Assembly (NCBI GenBank): GCA_023920165.1
Contig: CP089276.1
Span: forward strand, 2,232,001 to 2,296,000
Length of the DNA stretch: 64,000 bases
From: Curvularia clavata
Lineage: Eukaryota
Direction: 5' to 3'
Made by a program: the position numbers and the translations under genes. Below are positions 12,501-25,422 of the stretch, piece after piece. The notes beneath the pieces are model-generated. The model saw only the letters and a program-made list of their open reading frames with translations. It did not search any database and was not told the origin of the DNA. The first letter of the stretch is position 1, and each line of letters opens with the position of its first letter.

Positions 12501-13110
12501 CGCGACCGCTAACCCATCGCATGCGCTCAGATGTGCTGAACTGGTTGAGAGGATGGTTGCGCAGCGCTGCAAGCGGAATCCCGGTGATGGTGTGCAGTAG
12601 TTGGTCGAGAGAGGCTTTGTCGCCTATGCGTTGCCCTTCGCACGAGAAGAACTCCACAGATGCTGGCGCTATCAGCTCCTGCAGCGTCCATCCGCGAGTG
12701 AACCACTTGCTCTGCCGAAGAGATACATTCCGGTCCCTGCATAAGACAGATTCTGTCGAGGTCGAGGTCGACGCCGACACATCTGACAAGAAAACGTAGC
12801 ATCGTACCGCATTCTTGTACCACTGGAACATCGAGTTGATCGCCTTAGAGCGCTCACTATTGTTCCATCTGTCGATGCAGCATGTGTCAATCCAGAAGTA
12901 CTGCAGCCCGTCTTGAGCTGCTTGTTCGGCACAGAACTGTAGCTTCTGGTAGCCCTCCTCTTTCTTTTCGTAGTTTCTATTAAGTATATCTTCAATAAGA
13001 ATCTCAGAGTCGCCCCATCGGTGCGATAGAATAGCGTAGGGCGGGATTGGCTTGCCGCGAAAGTCTGTCAGGATTAGTCTGCCCGATGCGCCTAAATGGA
13101 GGAGCCGCAT
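9535..13110 (-). CDS. Fungal NLR: HET domain + NB-ARC + TPR repeat protein (1191 aa, intronless)
   Basis: HET motifs YAILSHRWG, YFWIDTCCID, AINSMFQWY, WFTRGWTLQEL. Walker A GPGGTGKS, Walker B LLIFDN, LPLAV motif. 42-aa repeats HPDTLTSVSNLGSVLESQGKYEEAEAMHRRALEAREKVLGRE. Confidence 0.95.
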   Translation of the reverse strand: MRLLHLGASGRLILTDFRGKPIPPYAILSHRWGDSEILIEDILNRNYEKKEEGYQKLQFCAEQAAQDGLQYFWIDTCCIDRWNNSERSKAINSMFQWYKNAVRCYVFLSDVSASTSTSTESVLCRDRNVSLRQSKWFTRGWTLQELIAPASVEFFSCEGQRIGDKASLDQLLHTITGIPLAALRNHPLNQFSTSERMRWVSGRETTETEDMVYCLLGLLGVSMPATYGEGRESALERLQAEVERAGRAPSIIPFARNKSFVGRELQLAELEAKLFSNTQTTSTLAIVGPGGTGKSQLALEVAYRTLEKYKHCSVFWIDASGKDSFDQSYVSVAQKLGVPGCDGDQADIEQIVKRCIAKLSTQQCLLIFDNVEGTTIQHSGSPTAEATGLADFLPHSKLCSVILTTIESDTAKTLAPQDVVALGELASDTALRMLQSRLTTPLSDAEQLRAIHLLRELSYLPLAVSQAAACINASNITVQQYQARLHEHDQATLKYSNDLREDEQGESGLRKAVAATLSLSIGQVQQSNAIAIEQLYVAACVDRKDIPLDLLKAASPQARVDAIMILDRYALVTRRPAESAFDVHRLVHQSLREQLQIQRRLHEYTQRAVTQLLQVFPNSDYSNRSKWRRLLPHAQYALSHSEKNDNEKRTDLAEDCARALQNDGQYKRAEDLYIQVIESRRRVLGNKHPDTLTSVSNLGSVLESQGKYEEAEAMNRRALEAREKVLGREHPDTLTSVGNLGSVLESQGKYEEAETMHRRDLEGSEKVLGREHPNTLTSVSNLGLVLSSQGKYKEAEAIHRRALEAREKVLGCEHPDTLTSVGNLGSVLSRQGKYKEAETMYRRDLEGYEKVLGREHPDTLTSVSNLGLVLSRQGKYEEAEAMNRRALEAREKVLGREHPDTLTSVSNLGSVLSRQGKHEEAEAMHRRDLEGSEKVLGCEHPDTLTSVSNFGSVLESQGKYKEAEAMYQRALEAIEKVLGREHPNTLTSVSNLGSVLESQGKYEEAEAMHRRALEARENVLGREHPDTLTSVSNLGSVLESQGKYEEAEAMHRRALEAREKVLGREHPDTLTSVSNLGSVLESQGKYEEAEAMHRRALEAREKVLRREHPDTLSSVYCLAHLLATLCNYKESLNLYNRACDGYSVVLGEYHPTTRACRQHRSEVLLSHKQSRLASSRRGGRSIGEAERVVFS
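9780..11050 (-). repeat. Ten high-identity 126-bp TPR-coding tandem repeats
   Basis: Near-identical 126-nt units visible directly (e.g. gtgtc(a/g)gggtgctcgcgcccaagcacc recurring every 126 nt). Confidence 0.95.
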
Positions 13111-13468
13111 AGTGCTTGCAGCTCGGACTTTAGTCTAAAGAACTAGAGGCATGAACAACTTTTGTGGTAGATGAGTGAGAGCAGAATGTTAGCAGGCGTA
13201 GAATGGCATCTTTTCGATAAAGCAGAGAAGGAAGCCTGGTGAGGCAGTGCACACAACCGGGCTGAAGATGCTGCTGGCTGCATCAAGCGCCCAGCGTTCT
13301 GCACTGCCTCCCCTCACCATTTACACTAAGGCAGTATTTGCCTTGCAAACTCATGACAGAAGAGTGTATATGTAGGTAAGGTGCTAGCAAAATAGCTAAC
13401 TCATCTATAAAGGTTATCGTTATAGCGTCTCGCCTGGCTCTATGCGACGGGGGCGGCTGCCTATACGG

Positions 13469-13984
13469 CCCGGGAATAAGAGCTGTCTAAGGTCAGGCGA
13501 TGAGTGAGAGCCGCAGCTCTCAGCCACAGCGCGCAACCTATCGCAGATATCTCAGCACGCTACCGCTGCTAAACGCCGCTAAAGTCGCACGGCCGGCTTG
13601 CCACGTTTTGACGATGTTGTCGCCAGCGCGGAGAAACTGCTGGGATTCACACTCCTTACGTTAAGTCGACTTTTTAAGTGTGCAGTCTTGATCTTTGCTA
13701 TTTTAACTTTCTTTCTAGCCTACCGAGCTATGTAGAATTTTATACTGTCGCGAATAAATAAGGGCGTATTGGAGGAGAGTCGATAAACGGCACTGACAGA
13801 ACGAGCGATAGCATAGCTAACAACACGCTTTTTGGCGTCGGAGGGTGATATACTGGAAGAGCAAGAGCTGTAAAATAGATACGCATTGTGCTTGTCTATT
13901 TTTGAGTACGTTACACGCAACCCGAGCATCCGGAAGAAAAGGTGTCCCGTCACACCGTGCGTCCCGGCACGGAGGGACGGACGT
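13469..13984 (-). repeat. Right long imperfect inverted repeat arm
   Basis: Reverse complement aligns colinearly with 8954-9467 and ends ...GGACGT|TA. Confidence 0.85.
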
Positions 13985-14272
13985 TATGGCTAACATGATG
14001 TTTAAAAGAGCCAAGCGGCATAGCTGGAGTCTCAGAAATGCACAGGGCAGGCGTCATATGGAAAAGATACCCCAAGTCAAACAGCATCAAGATCATCACA
14101 AACACATTCTGGCGCTCTGAATTCAATTGGGTATATTCATCTTTCGATGATGCTTTTTGATTCATTCCGTATCGTGATGCTGCTAGATATGCGTAAAGCA
14201 AGCATCCATGCCCATGAACTCCACGTAAATGTCTTCCATCACGAATACCAGCCACACCAATCCTACATCTGC

Positions 14273-14950
14273 TTATGCGACGAGGGTAGAGGCGGTGGCG
14301 CTCTCGTACCTCCAGGTAGGGGGGAGGGCACCGACGGTCTTGTAGTAACGGGAGAGCTGAAAGAAACATTAGCTTGTGCTGATGCTCAGGTCTTTGGGCT
14401 GAACTTACACGGTGGATACGGGACTCGATGAGAATGAGGCGGAACTTGCTGTCCCTGTCCTTGCGGTTGGTGGAAAGGTGCTTGCGGACGGCAACAGCCT
14501 TCTTGATGAGCATGTAGAGGTCCTCTGGGATATCGGGGCTCAGGCCTTTATGCGCAAAATGTTAGCCTAGACCAACAAATGCAGATTTGTATAGCGCGCA
14601 GGTGCTCATTGAGAGCAGAGCTGTGTCGACGTGCGCTTTCATGTGCAGGGAATCATCGTACCGTTCGACTTGAGGATGCGGAGGATCTTGTTGCCGGTAA
14701 CGACCTTGACCTGGGCGACACCGTGAGAGTCACGGAGGACCTCACCGATCCTACGATTCCGTCAGCACATAATTCCTCTCCTTCAGATATTTCGTTCGGC
14801 TTACTGAGAAGGAGTGGCACCCTTCCTGGCGAGCTTGCAGATCTGGTCGACAACCTGCTCGGGGGTGGTCTTCAACCACGCAGGGGGGTTGCGGGAGTAG
14901 GGGATAGCAGAGGCTGATATGCCCTTTCCGTTGCTGTGAAGACGACCCAT
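14273..14950 (-). CDS. RPS13: 40S ribosomal protein S13 (uS15), 4 exons
   Basis: [15 protein letters not shown]..., [34 protein letters not shown]-terminus [11 protein letters not shown]. Three GT-AG introns. Confidence 0.97.
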
Positions 14951-15119
14951 TTTGAATGAATGTACCGGGTGGCGAGCTGGTCGATTAGTACGAAGTCGTG
15001 TGGAAGGCTTGAAGTCGTGTTGTTGGAAGTTCGCGATCCGAAGACCAATTTCTCGCGGCTCGGCTAGGTGTGTGGTGGACCGTGCACAGGCTTAGCGTCA
15101 AAGCTCCTCTTGCTAGACA

Positions 15120-15560
15120 AAAAGTCTGCGAACCTCATCTTCTTCCATCTCAACTTCAGAACTGTTTTCCTCGGTATGGCACAACCATCTTCGGGCTTTG
15201 TTGCAGCCGGATGCGCGCCACACCTTGGTGTTTTCTGATATTGCTCTGTCGGGCGCAGGCTACTAATACACAGCGCAGGCTCTGCCGAACTTCCAAAAGG
15301 TACGTGATACAACACCCTCTTTTGTCTTTGGCACAGTGATGATCCACCAAAATTATTTTCTGATACCTCTTATTTTAGGCGAGGCCTTCGGGTCTTGCCG
15401 GTGCATTCAACTTATATTCTGAAATGTGTTACTCAGTCTCTTACTTTGATTCCGTTCGCGTAAAGAAACATAGACTGACTAGAAACAGATGATTGGATTG
15501 GAGAATACGCTGGAACAAGTGGTTGATCGGAGACTTTGCCCGCATTTGAGTTTCCACAAA
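15120..15560 (+). ncRNA. Putative spliced non-coding snoRNA host transcript divergent from RPS13 (ends approximate)
   Basis: Intron A 15174-15273 (GTATGG..TACTAAT..CAG), 26-nt exon, intron B 15300-15488 (GTACGT..CTGAC..CAG). No convincing spliced ORF. Confidence 0.55.
15330..15430 (+). ncRNA. Box C/D snoRNA (intronic)
   Basis: Box C GTGATGA 15336-15342, D' CTGA 15360-15363, box D CTGA 15419-15422. Terminal stem GGCACA/TGTGTT. Internal 9-bp hairpin GGCGAGGCC-TTCG-GGTCTTGCC. Confidence 0.75.
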
Positions 15561-16718
15561 CTATGGTATATGTTGTAGGGAGCGCTTTGCTGTCCGTTCT
15601 GGGCTTTTGTTGGTGGGAGTGCTCTCAGGTCTTTGGGATATGGCTTCTCTCCATTTCAGGTTGACATACAACCGCGTTTTACTTATGATACCCAATCTAC
15701 TATTCATCTCATGTCTTGCGCCCATCATTGCATCATACTCTGCGCCGAATTGATTGAGCTACAACCTTCCCGTGACACGCCCCACAAAACAGCAATCAGT
15801 GCGGCTTGTTCTCTCTACGCGGAGATAGAGGATGGTGCTATTGAAACTGGCAATACACCGACGAGGTGATATAAGATAATGGTCCGAACGGATTCTACTT
15901 CGTATACTACACGGATTGGTGGATGACAACGTTTAGCTCCACGTGACGCGATCTGCCCATCCCAGCACAGACGTCAACCCGGGACAATGCTTTCGAACAT
16001 TGAAGCAGTCGGATAGATGCCATGATTCAGAGATCAATAATGGAGACAGCTGCGTGTAGTCACCACATGGCATCGTGAATGAGGCTCCTCGGCTAGCCAA
16101 AAGGAACGGCTGCTAGTCACGTGTGCAGACGGCAACTACACAAGATGCAAACAAGGCTGGTGATGGTGCTGAAAGCATTTGCATATGCTCACCGGACGGA
16201 CATGAGATCAGGCCGGGGAAAATGCACGGTTGATGACATACTGGGGCGAGAGCAGCGATTGCAGACGGGTGGCAAAGCGGTTGCTAATCGGCTTGTGATT
16301 GCTCGACGGCGGTTGGGCTTGCCAAAGCGGGCACAAGAAACCGAGGTCTGTCACGATTCAGCCTCTGAAAGACCCCCGTATCCCAGCCGACGGCAATGCG
16401 CATCGCACTTGGTCATCTCCCTCATCCCACAACTGCCAGCAACCACCTCTTTGCTGTTCTTCATCTACTCAACCCGCCGTACTGCGAGTGAGCGCGTGCG
16501 TGCAGTCACGGTCGACGCGGACCCGCGAACTGGCGATTGAAGCCCCCGGCCTAGGCACATTCCCCGCAAGCAGTCGCCTCCGTTGAATCGCCGCTACTGC
16601 CAGCCTCTCAACCTTTGCACGTCCTCTCCGCCTCGACGCCATCCACCCCATTTCGTCCGGATTCATTGTTGTTTGCGCGCAGAAGGCACAAGGACACAGA
16701 GAAGACACGCAGCCCATC

Positions 16719-18115
16719 ATGTCTTCGCCGTCGCCGCCAAAGCCGTGGGAAACAAGCGCAGGCGCGACAAGTGCCTCGGTTGGTCAGTCTCACCAGCCCT
16801 TTGCAATCATAGGGACAAATGCGACTAACATCCACGCAGGGCTCACGGGATCTAGCAGCACAGCGCCTAGCACAACCACAACCGCATCCACAACTTCTTC
16901 GACCGCTCCACCTCTACCATCCGTACCAGACTCGCTCAGCACCGTCGCGAACCGCAACGCGACCGCGTACTCGGGCATGAATAACCGATATAGCTCGCCC
17001 TATGGCACCGGCTATGGGGGCATGAGTAGCTATACTTCGCCCTACTCTACCATGGGCGGCGCATATGGCTCCATGTACGGCGGTATGGGCGGTATGGGAG
17101 GCATGTACGGTGGCATGGGAGGAATGTATGGAGGCATGTACGGAGGCATGGGCGGCATGCCGGGCGATCCAAACAACAGCCTCACACAATCATTCAGCCA
17201 GAGCACCGCAGCGACATTTCAGCTGATTGAGAACATTGTCGGCGCTTTTGGCGGCTTTGCGCAAATGCTGCAAAGCACATACATGGCGACGCATTCGTCA
17301 TTCTTCGGTACGTCTCTGATCCTATCATTCTTGTTTCTATTCGCTAACACACTACAGCCATGGTATCCGTTGCAGAGCAGTTTGGAAACCTGCGACAAAC
17401 CCTCGGCTCAGTTTTGGGCATTTATACCATCATGCGATGGATACGGACCGCCATTGCAAAACTTACCGGACGACCTCTGCCCGCTGATGCAACCGCCTTA
17501 ACACCCGCGAGCTTCGCAGCATTCAACGGCCGTATGCCTGACGGCTCACCAGCACCTGCCAAGCCATCCAAGAAACCGTTTATTGTTTTTATGCTTGCCG
17601 TTTTCGGACTACCATACCTGATGGGCAAGCTTATCAAGGCACTTGCCCGGTCACAAGAGGCTGAGGAACAGCGGAAAATGTTGGAAAACCCACATGCTGG
17701 CCAACCCCTCGATCCCAACAAGCTCGAGTTCTGCCGCGCGCTGTACGACTTCACTCCCAATGCCAACATGCAGGGCATGGATCTTGCGGTAAAGAAGGGA
17801 GACATGGTTGCTGTGCTCAGCAAGAGCGATCCCATGGGCAACGCCTCGGAGTGGTGGAAATGTCGATCGAGGGACGGACGGATTGGTTATCTCCCCGGCA
17901 TCTACCTCGAGACTATTCAGCGTAAGACACCCGCTCAGATCACCAGCGGAAGCCAGAGCGCGAGTCCAGCTGGAAGCAGGACCCAAACCATGACTAGCAC
18001 CAGTGCTACCAGTGGCACTGCTACCATGACCGAAACCAAGTTGGGACCTAAGATAGAGAGCAAGGCTGGAGACATGGGTGTTGAAAGTTTCCAGAAGGGT
18101 GCATTCTACTCGTAA
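16719..18115 (+). CDS. PEX13: Peroxin Pex13 (YG-rich N-terminus, transmembrane region, SH3)
   Basis: PPKPWE start, YGGMGGMYGG repeats, TFQLIENIVGAFGGFAQML, SH3 ALYDF...WWKCR...GYLP. Two introns (~16780-16839, ~17309-17357). Confidence 0.95.
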
Positions 18116-18746
18116 GCCTAGTGCTATTCTTTGAGCATCTGCTCGTTTCATTGCATATGTTGTTTTTTCCATATCTTGTGGTCTGCGGACCTAATGTATA
18201 AAGCTATTTGGGAAAAGCTACGGGTACGGCGTATGGCGCGGAAAGATATCACGGGCGCAATCAGACATGCTTTATGTTCAACATTTATTCTTGACAATGT
18301 GAAATATGACCATCACGTGAAAGTGCACTTGCTTCAGGATCTAACGTTGCGTCGAAATATGGGGCGATGAGCTTGTCTAGGTAGACCTTGTCGGGTAGAT
18401 CTTGCTTGCATCCGGTCGAACATCGAACTCCAGGGCTCTAAAGCAACAGCAACAGCAATCACTCGCCTCCTTCGCCACAGTCTCTTACCTGCTGACCTTT
18501 TTCGTTGCCCTCTCCTCAATACTATCTACTCTATACTTTCTTCTGCGCACTAGGCTGCCACGTACAAAGGCCCACCGCTCTGCCCCTCCCCCACCGACTG
18601 TCGCTTGTTGCGCCCGAGTAAACAGACAACGTCACAACCCCATACCTGCGATTCTTGAGCAACTCGAATACTCCTAAGGACTTTCAGACCGTTCAAGTTG
18701 ATTACCCATCGGGCTTAGCTGAGAAAGCAGCGCAACTTGGTTCACC

Positions 18747-19490
18747 ATGTTCGCATCCAAACGACTCGGCAAGGTACGTTTCTACAGCAGAATGTAGATG
18801 TAGATTCTACCTGCAGGGACAAGCGCACAATGAACCCAGGCTAACCGGCATCGCAGGAGCTATCCAAGGTACCGTAATCCTGCCCTCATTGCGAATCACA
18901 CGTATCCCTTACCCTGGTCAAATCGATGCGCCCAACCGCAATACCCAAGCAGCAAAATCGCACGTTACATACATGAACAAGAGGACAAGTGGCTGAATTT
19001 AAGAAACCAGATGCACGAGAAGCTGCCACCAGGCATAACGCTCGTCCAAGCCGACGACTTCCAAACCTGGCTCATGGACATCAAAGTCATGGACTCGAAC
19101 CCCATCTACGAAGGCGAAACATACCGTTTGAAGTTCAGTTTCACACCACAATACCCTATCGAGGTAACCTTTATCCTAACCCCTCACTGGCCAAATCTAT
19201 TTGTTAACATCGCTATTCAACAGGCCCCCGAAGTCGTCTTCGTACGCGACGAAAACCACCCTATACCCTGGCACCCGCATATCTACTCCAACGGCATTAT
19301 ATGCCTCGACTTACTCGACCGCTCGGGATGGTCCCCCGTACACAATGTAGAGAGCGTGTGTGTCAGTCTGCAGAGTATGCTCACAAGCAACACGAAGAAG
19401 GAGCGACCGCAGGGAGACGAGAACTTTGTCAGATACAATACCCAGAGACCGAGGGATATCAGCTTTGTGTTTCATGATGAGAAGGTTTGA
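18747..19490 (+). CDS. Ubiquitin-conjugating E2 enzyme, UBE2W-like
   Basis: Spliced MFASKRLGK|ELSK|MHEKLPPG...; active-site HPHIYSNGIICLDLL; WSP. Three introns and a 12-nt exon at 18857-18868. Confidence 0.88.
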
Positions 19491-21103
19491 GATGAGGGTG
19501 CTGTGTGGTTGTACAGCAGGGTACTTTCTTTTCTGAGTGTGGGTACTGGATGCATGATAGAGGCGGTGTATGGCGTTTTTCATTCTTCAAAGGGTAAAGC
19601 GGTTAGGAAGGGAATGGTAAAACGGCGTTGTGGGTTGATGGGTCTGGGTGGGAAGGGGAGGAAGCCTTGTCTTTTGACTCAGCTTATGAACCAGCTGTTT
19701 TACAAGAGCGCTTCTGTTCAATCAAAGCTCTTGTCTCAGTTTAGTTTTTGACGTTACCATGGCTATGAGGAATGAATTTGCTGCTTCACCAGGCGTAGCA
19801 TGATTAAAGTCATTGTGCTGGAGCGGCGTGGATCCGTTGCAATTTCAGACCTTGGTATTCGCCAACGTAGTCTAAATGGCTCGGTTGTGCGTGTAATTAC
19901 TTTGCTGGTGTCATGCGTTTAACCAAACCAGGACACAGACTCGTTCACCCTGTTACGTTGTTTTAAACCAGTACTAGTAGTCATCATGATTCATTCTACA
20001 AGGAAGTTCTTACGAGCTAAAGTCATCTAAAACCTCATCCATATGTCCAAGTGCAGTAGTAGAGGTAGGGATCTAACTCTTTGCTTCGTGAAAGGCTTTG
20101 TATTCGGCCAAAAAAGTTTGCATTCCTCTTTAGTGCCGGCACTAAGGCGTATAGTAGGAGGCATAGGCATGAAATTGGGTAGTGTAAACTCGAATAGCTT
20201 CTTTAGGTACTCAAATAGTGTTGACTATATAGAGATCGCAAATGGGAGCAGTGTGTAAACGATGAAGGATGTTTTGTATTCTTGTATAACAATTCCCAAA
20301 ACGCCTCAAAGCCAGAGATAACTGCGAGCGTGATTGTGGCGAACTTAGTTGCTGCAATTCCCGTAGCAATCGGATAGAGGAAGAAGTTGATCTACCTATA
20401 TCATACCGCAAGATGACCTAGCTAAAAGCAGAAAATAGCTGGTCGTAAGAGCTGCCTTTCTATCACAGCTTATATGGGGATATTTCCTTCACAGTTTCTA
20501 GCGTACATTGCCAGCCCGCTAACTGTTCACATATATACATAGCTGATGCACTAATGACTTAGTGTAGAACATCGACGTCGTTCTGAGACATGAATAGGCT
20601 CGGTACTCCTTGAGATGCGGATTCTTCGTCGAATTGGTCTTCTTCCTTGGTTACAACACATACACACTTAGGCCCTTAAGAGGTACAATTATAGTAACTC
20701 AGCCCTTACGTAGTCATATTATACGAAGTGAGTGTTACGTAGTTGTCACAGCCATCAAAAAGTAAGTGTCATGCAGTGAAGTCATTTCAATTTCCTTTCC
20801 TCTCTCCGCGTATCTACCTCGTGAGTTACATAAGAGACGTTGACCGCCAGGCATACTTTTGCAGACCATCCGTTACGATCGTTTCGTCAGGCATCGTCGT
20901 GAAAGCACAAAGAAGACTTTTTTCACGTTCCATGAATGCCGGAAACGGGAACCCATGAAAATGAAGGAACCAAAACACACCATGTCTATCGTTAAAAGCC
21001 GCAATAGATAAACTCCGCTCGCAGCTCGCAGTCTGGGTATCCTGCACCTGCGCCCTTACTTCCTACCTGCCAACCCGCGTGGCACTCCCGATTTGTGAAG
21101 CGC

Positions 21104-23593
<2,490 letters not shown>

Positions 23594-25422
23594 GATTGCG
23601 GTATGTGTGAAATGAACAACCGGGAGAAAAATTGAAGAGCAGGAAGGTGGTGGAGAGAAGGTGGGAAAAAGGGCTGGGAATCTTTTTTGCGCTTGCTTAA
23701 AGGCGAGCGAACGGAGAAAAATTGGCCTCGCAGGGATCTTTCGTAGTGTCGGCGGGCGGCGCTAGGCACACTCGGTTAACCCATTCGTCGGCGCTTATCC
23801 TACCCTAAAAAAAACAAAATCACTGGAGGCAACGGAACAAGAGGCGAACCTCGGTTTGGCTCGGAGAGGGCCTTTGCCTAGTTGCGAAGGGAAAAGTTCA
23901 AAGGAAAATCTGTATTATGGCCGTTCTAAGTGCCCAGACACAGCAATGGCCCTCGCATGCGGGAAAACCCAGGCAATGAACGCGAGTACCTTTGTAGAAG
24001 GTAACGGTATGGATTGGGCACCTGACGCTCACGTTCTGCTGGTGGGACCCAAAATTCAGTCCATTCTCAAAGCAAGTGTTCTTTGTTTTTGCGGGAAACA
24101 GTAACTGTGGCCGTGTCTGCTACGGAAGACGACCGCAGAATGGCAGCTTGGATTGTGCTTCGTGTTTTCCAGAGGTTAATCCAATGAACAGTCTGGGATG
24201 ATCAGCGTGATTCTACACCATCTTACGCATCGTATTTTGAGCGGCAACATGCAAAGGCTAACGAAACTGGTTTTACCCATTGAAAATACACTGAGCTGTA
24301 GAGTAGCCAGTTTCTAGATTAGTTATCCACAAACAATCTCCCGGATTTTCATATCTAGATTATAACTGCCTAAGAGTTAGATGTTTGATGTAACATGCAC
24401 AGTTAACCTCTTTGCGAAACCCTCTTACGGAATGTTAAGATAGACGAAGCCTATGGCTTACAGCTGCTAAATGGGTAGCTATCGCCACTCACTAGTCTAA
24501 TTGGCCGCAGGCCGTTGTCGGATGGCCAAAGCCTTTGCTTGTCTAATACTGTGGCGGCGGAATCCCTGCACCACCTTCTGACTTTTCCTGGCCGCTCAGG
24601 CAATCGTCGATATTGGGACAGAGGCTGATATTGGTGCCGGCGCATTTCGTGGCTATACGCTCGCTGTTTTTAGCTAGTGCTGTTGAGTTATTATGTTTGT
24701 TCGTGGGCTCGTCGTTTGCCCAGTCCTGCATTTGGGGCTCTGATCGAAATACTGTCGCAATTTTGTTTATTGGCCTCTATTCCACCACATATTTCGAAAA
24801 CTCGGACGTGACTGTTGTCAATATGGTCAATCTTACCAGGTACTATCAGCTTCGCTGATTCTTACATATACTGTTTATTTGCCAAGGGAAATATGTTGGC
24901 TTAATAATTAATCTAACAAACCTTTGGCATTTTCTGCTCTATTGTGGGCCGACCTCTTCATTAATACCTTCCAGGATGTCTGAGTCCTTCATATCAATAT
25001 TCTCGCATATGGCACAATATTATAACCTATCTGTATGTCTATGAGGTGTTGACATCATACTACATTGGCCTTTTGGGAATCACATGAAAAGGGTTGGTAC
25101 TGTTGTCTCACTCAAACTAGATCTTCTGGAAGGCTTTCATAGTGGTCACATTCCCAGGATCGCGATCTGTGTGCATGTGTTTTCTATGTGAAACCTCCTT
25201 TTATAAAACACATATGAACATCAACATGGTGCTGTAAGCTGAGGTGTTCGTGAATTTTGTTCTAATTTTCGCCCAGCTAGTATGTTTTGGAGAGAAGCTT
25301 ACCAAAGAGAAGAGTGTAGAAGGGAGCGAGGTATAAGGCAAACAAGATATACATTTGATATACACACGTCGCTAAGCTACAAAAAATTCACTCGAACTTA
25401 TACATATCCGAACCAGCCCCAC

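Larger units (their letters stand above)
8954..13984. mobile_element. Non-autonomous TIR DNA transposon-like element (pogo/Fot1-type ends, TA target duplication) carrying an NLR gene
   Basis: TA at 8952-8953 and 13985-13986. Left end ATGTCAATCCTCGCGTGCCGGGACGCCCGGTGTAACGGGACACTTTTTCTTCCGGA matches the reverse complement of the right end, ACGTCCGTCCCTCCGTGCCGGGACGCACGGTGTGACGGGACACCTTTTCTTCCGGA. Similarity continues ~515 bp inward. No transposase ORF is recognisable. Confidence 0.8.

Noticed and set aside
14546..14660. Possible H/ACA snoRNA in RPS13 intron 2 (hairpin followed by ATACAA)
   Set aside because: Only one weak hairpin, with no room for a second hairpin before the ACA.
17060..17165. 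Short GGCATG-based tandem repeat
   Set aside because: It encodes the expected YG/GM-rich region of Pex13.
19900..20700. Short hydrophobic frames in AT-rich intergenic DNA (similar fragments at 24450-24860)
   Set aside because: Too short and unrecognisable to call a gene or pseudogene.
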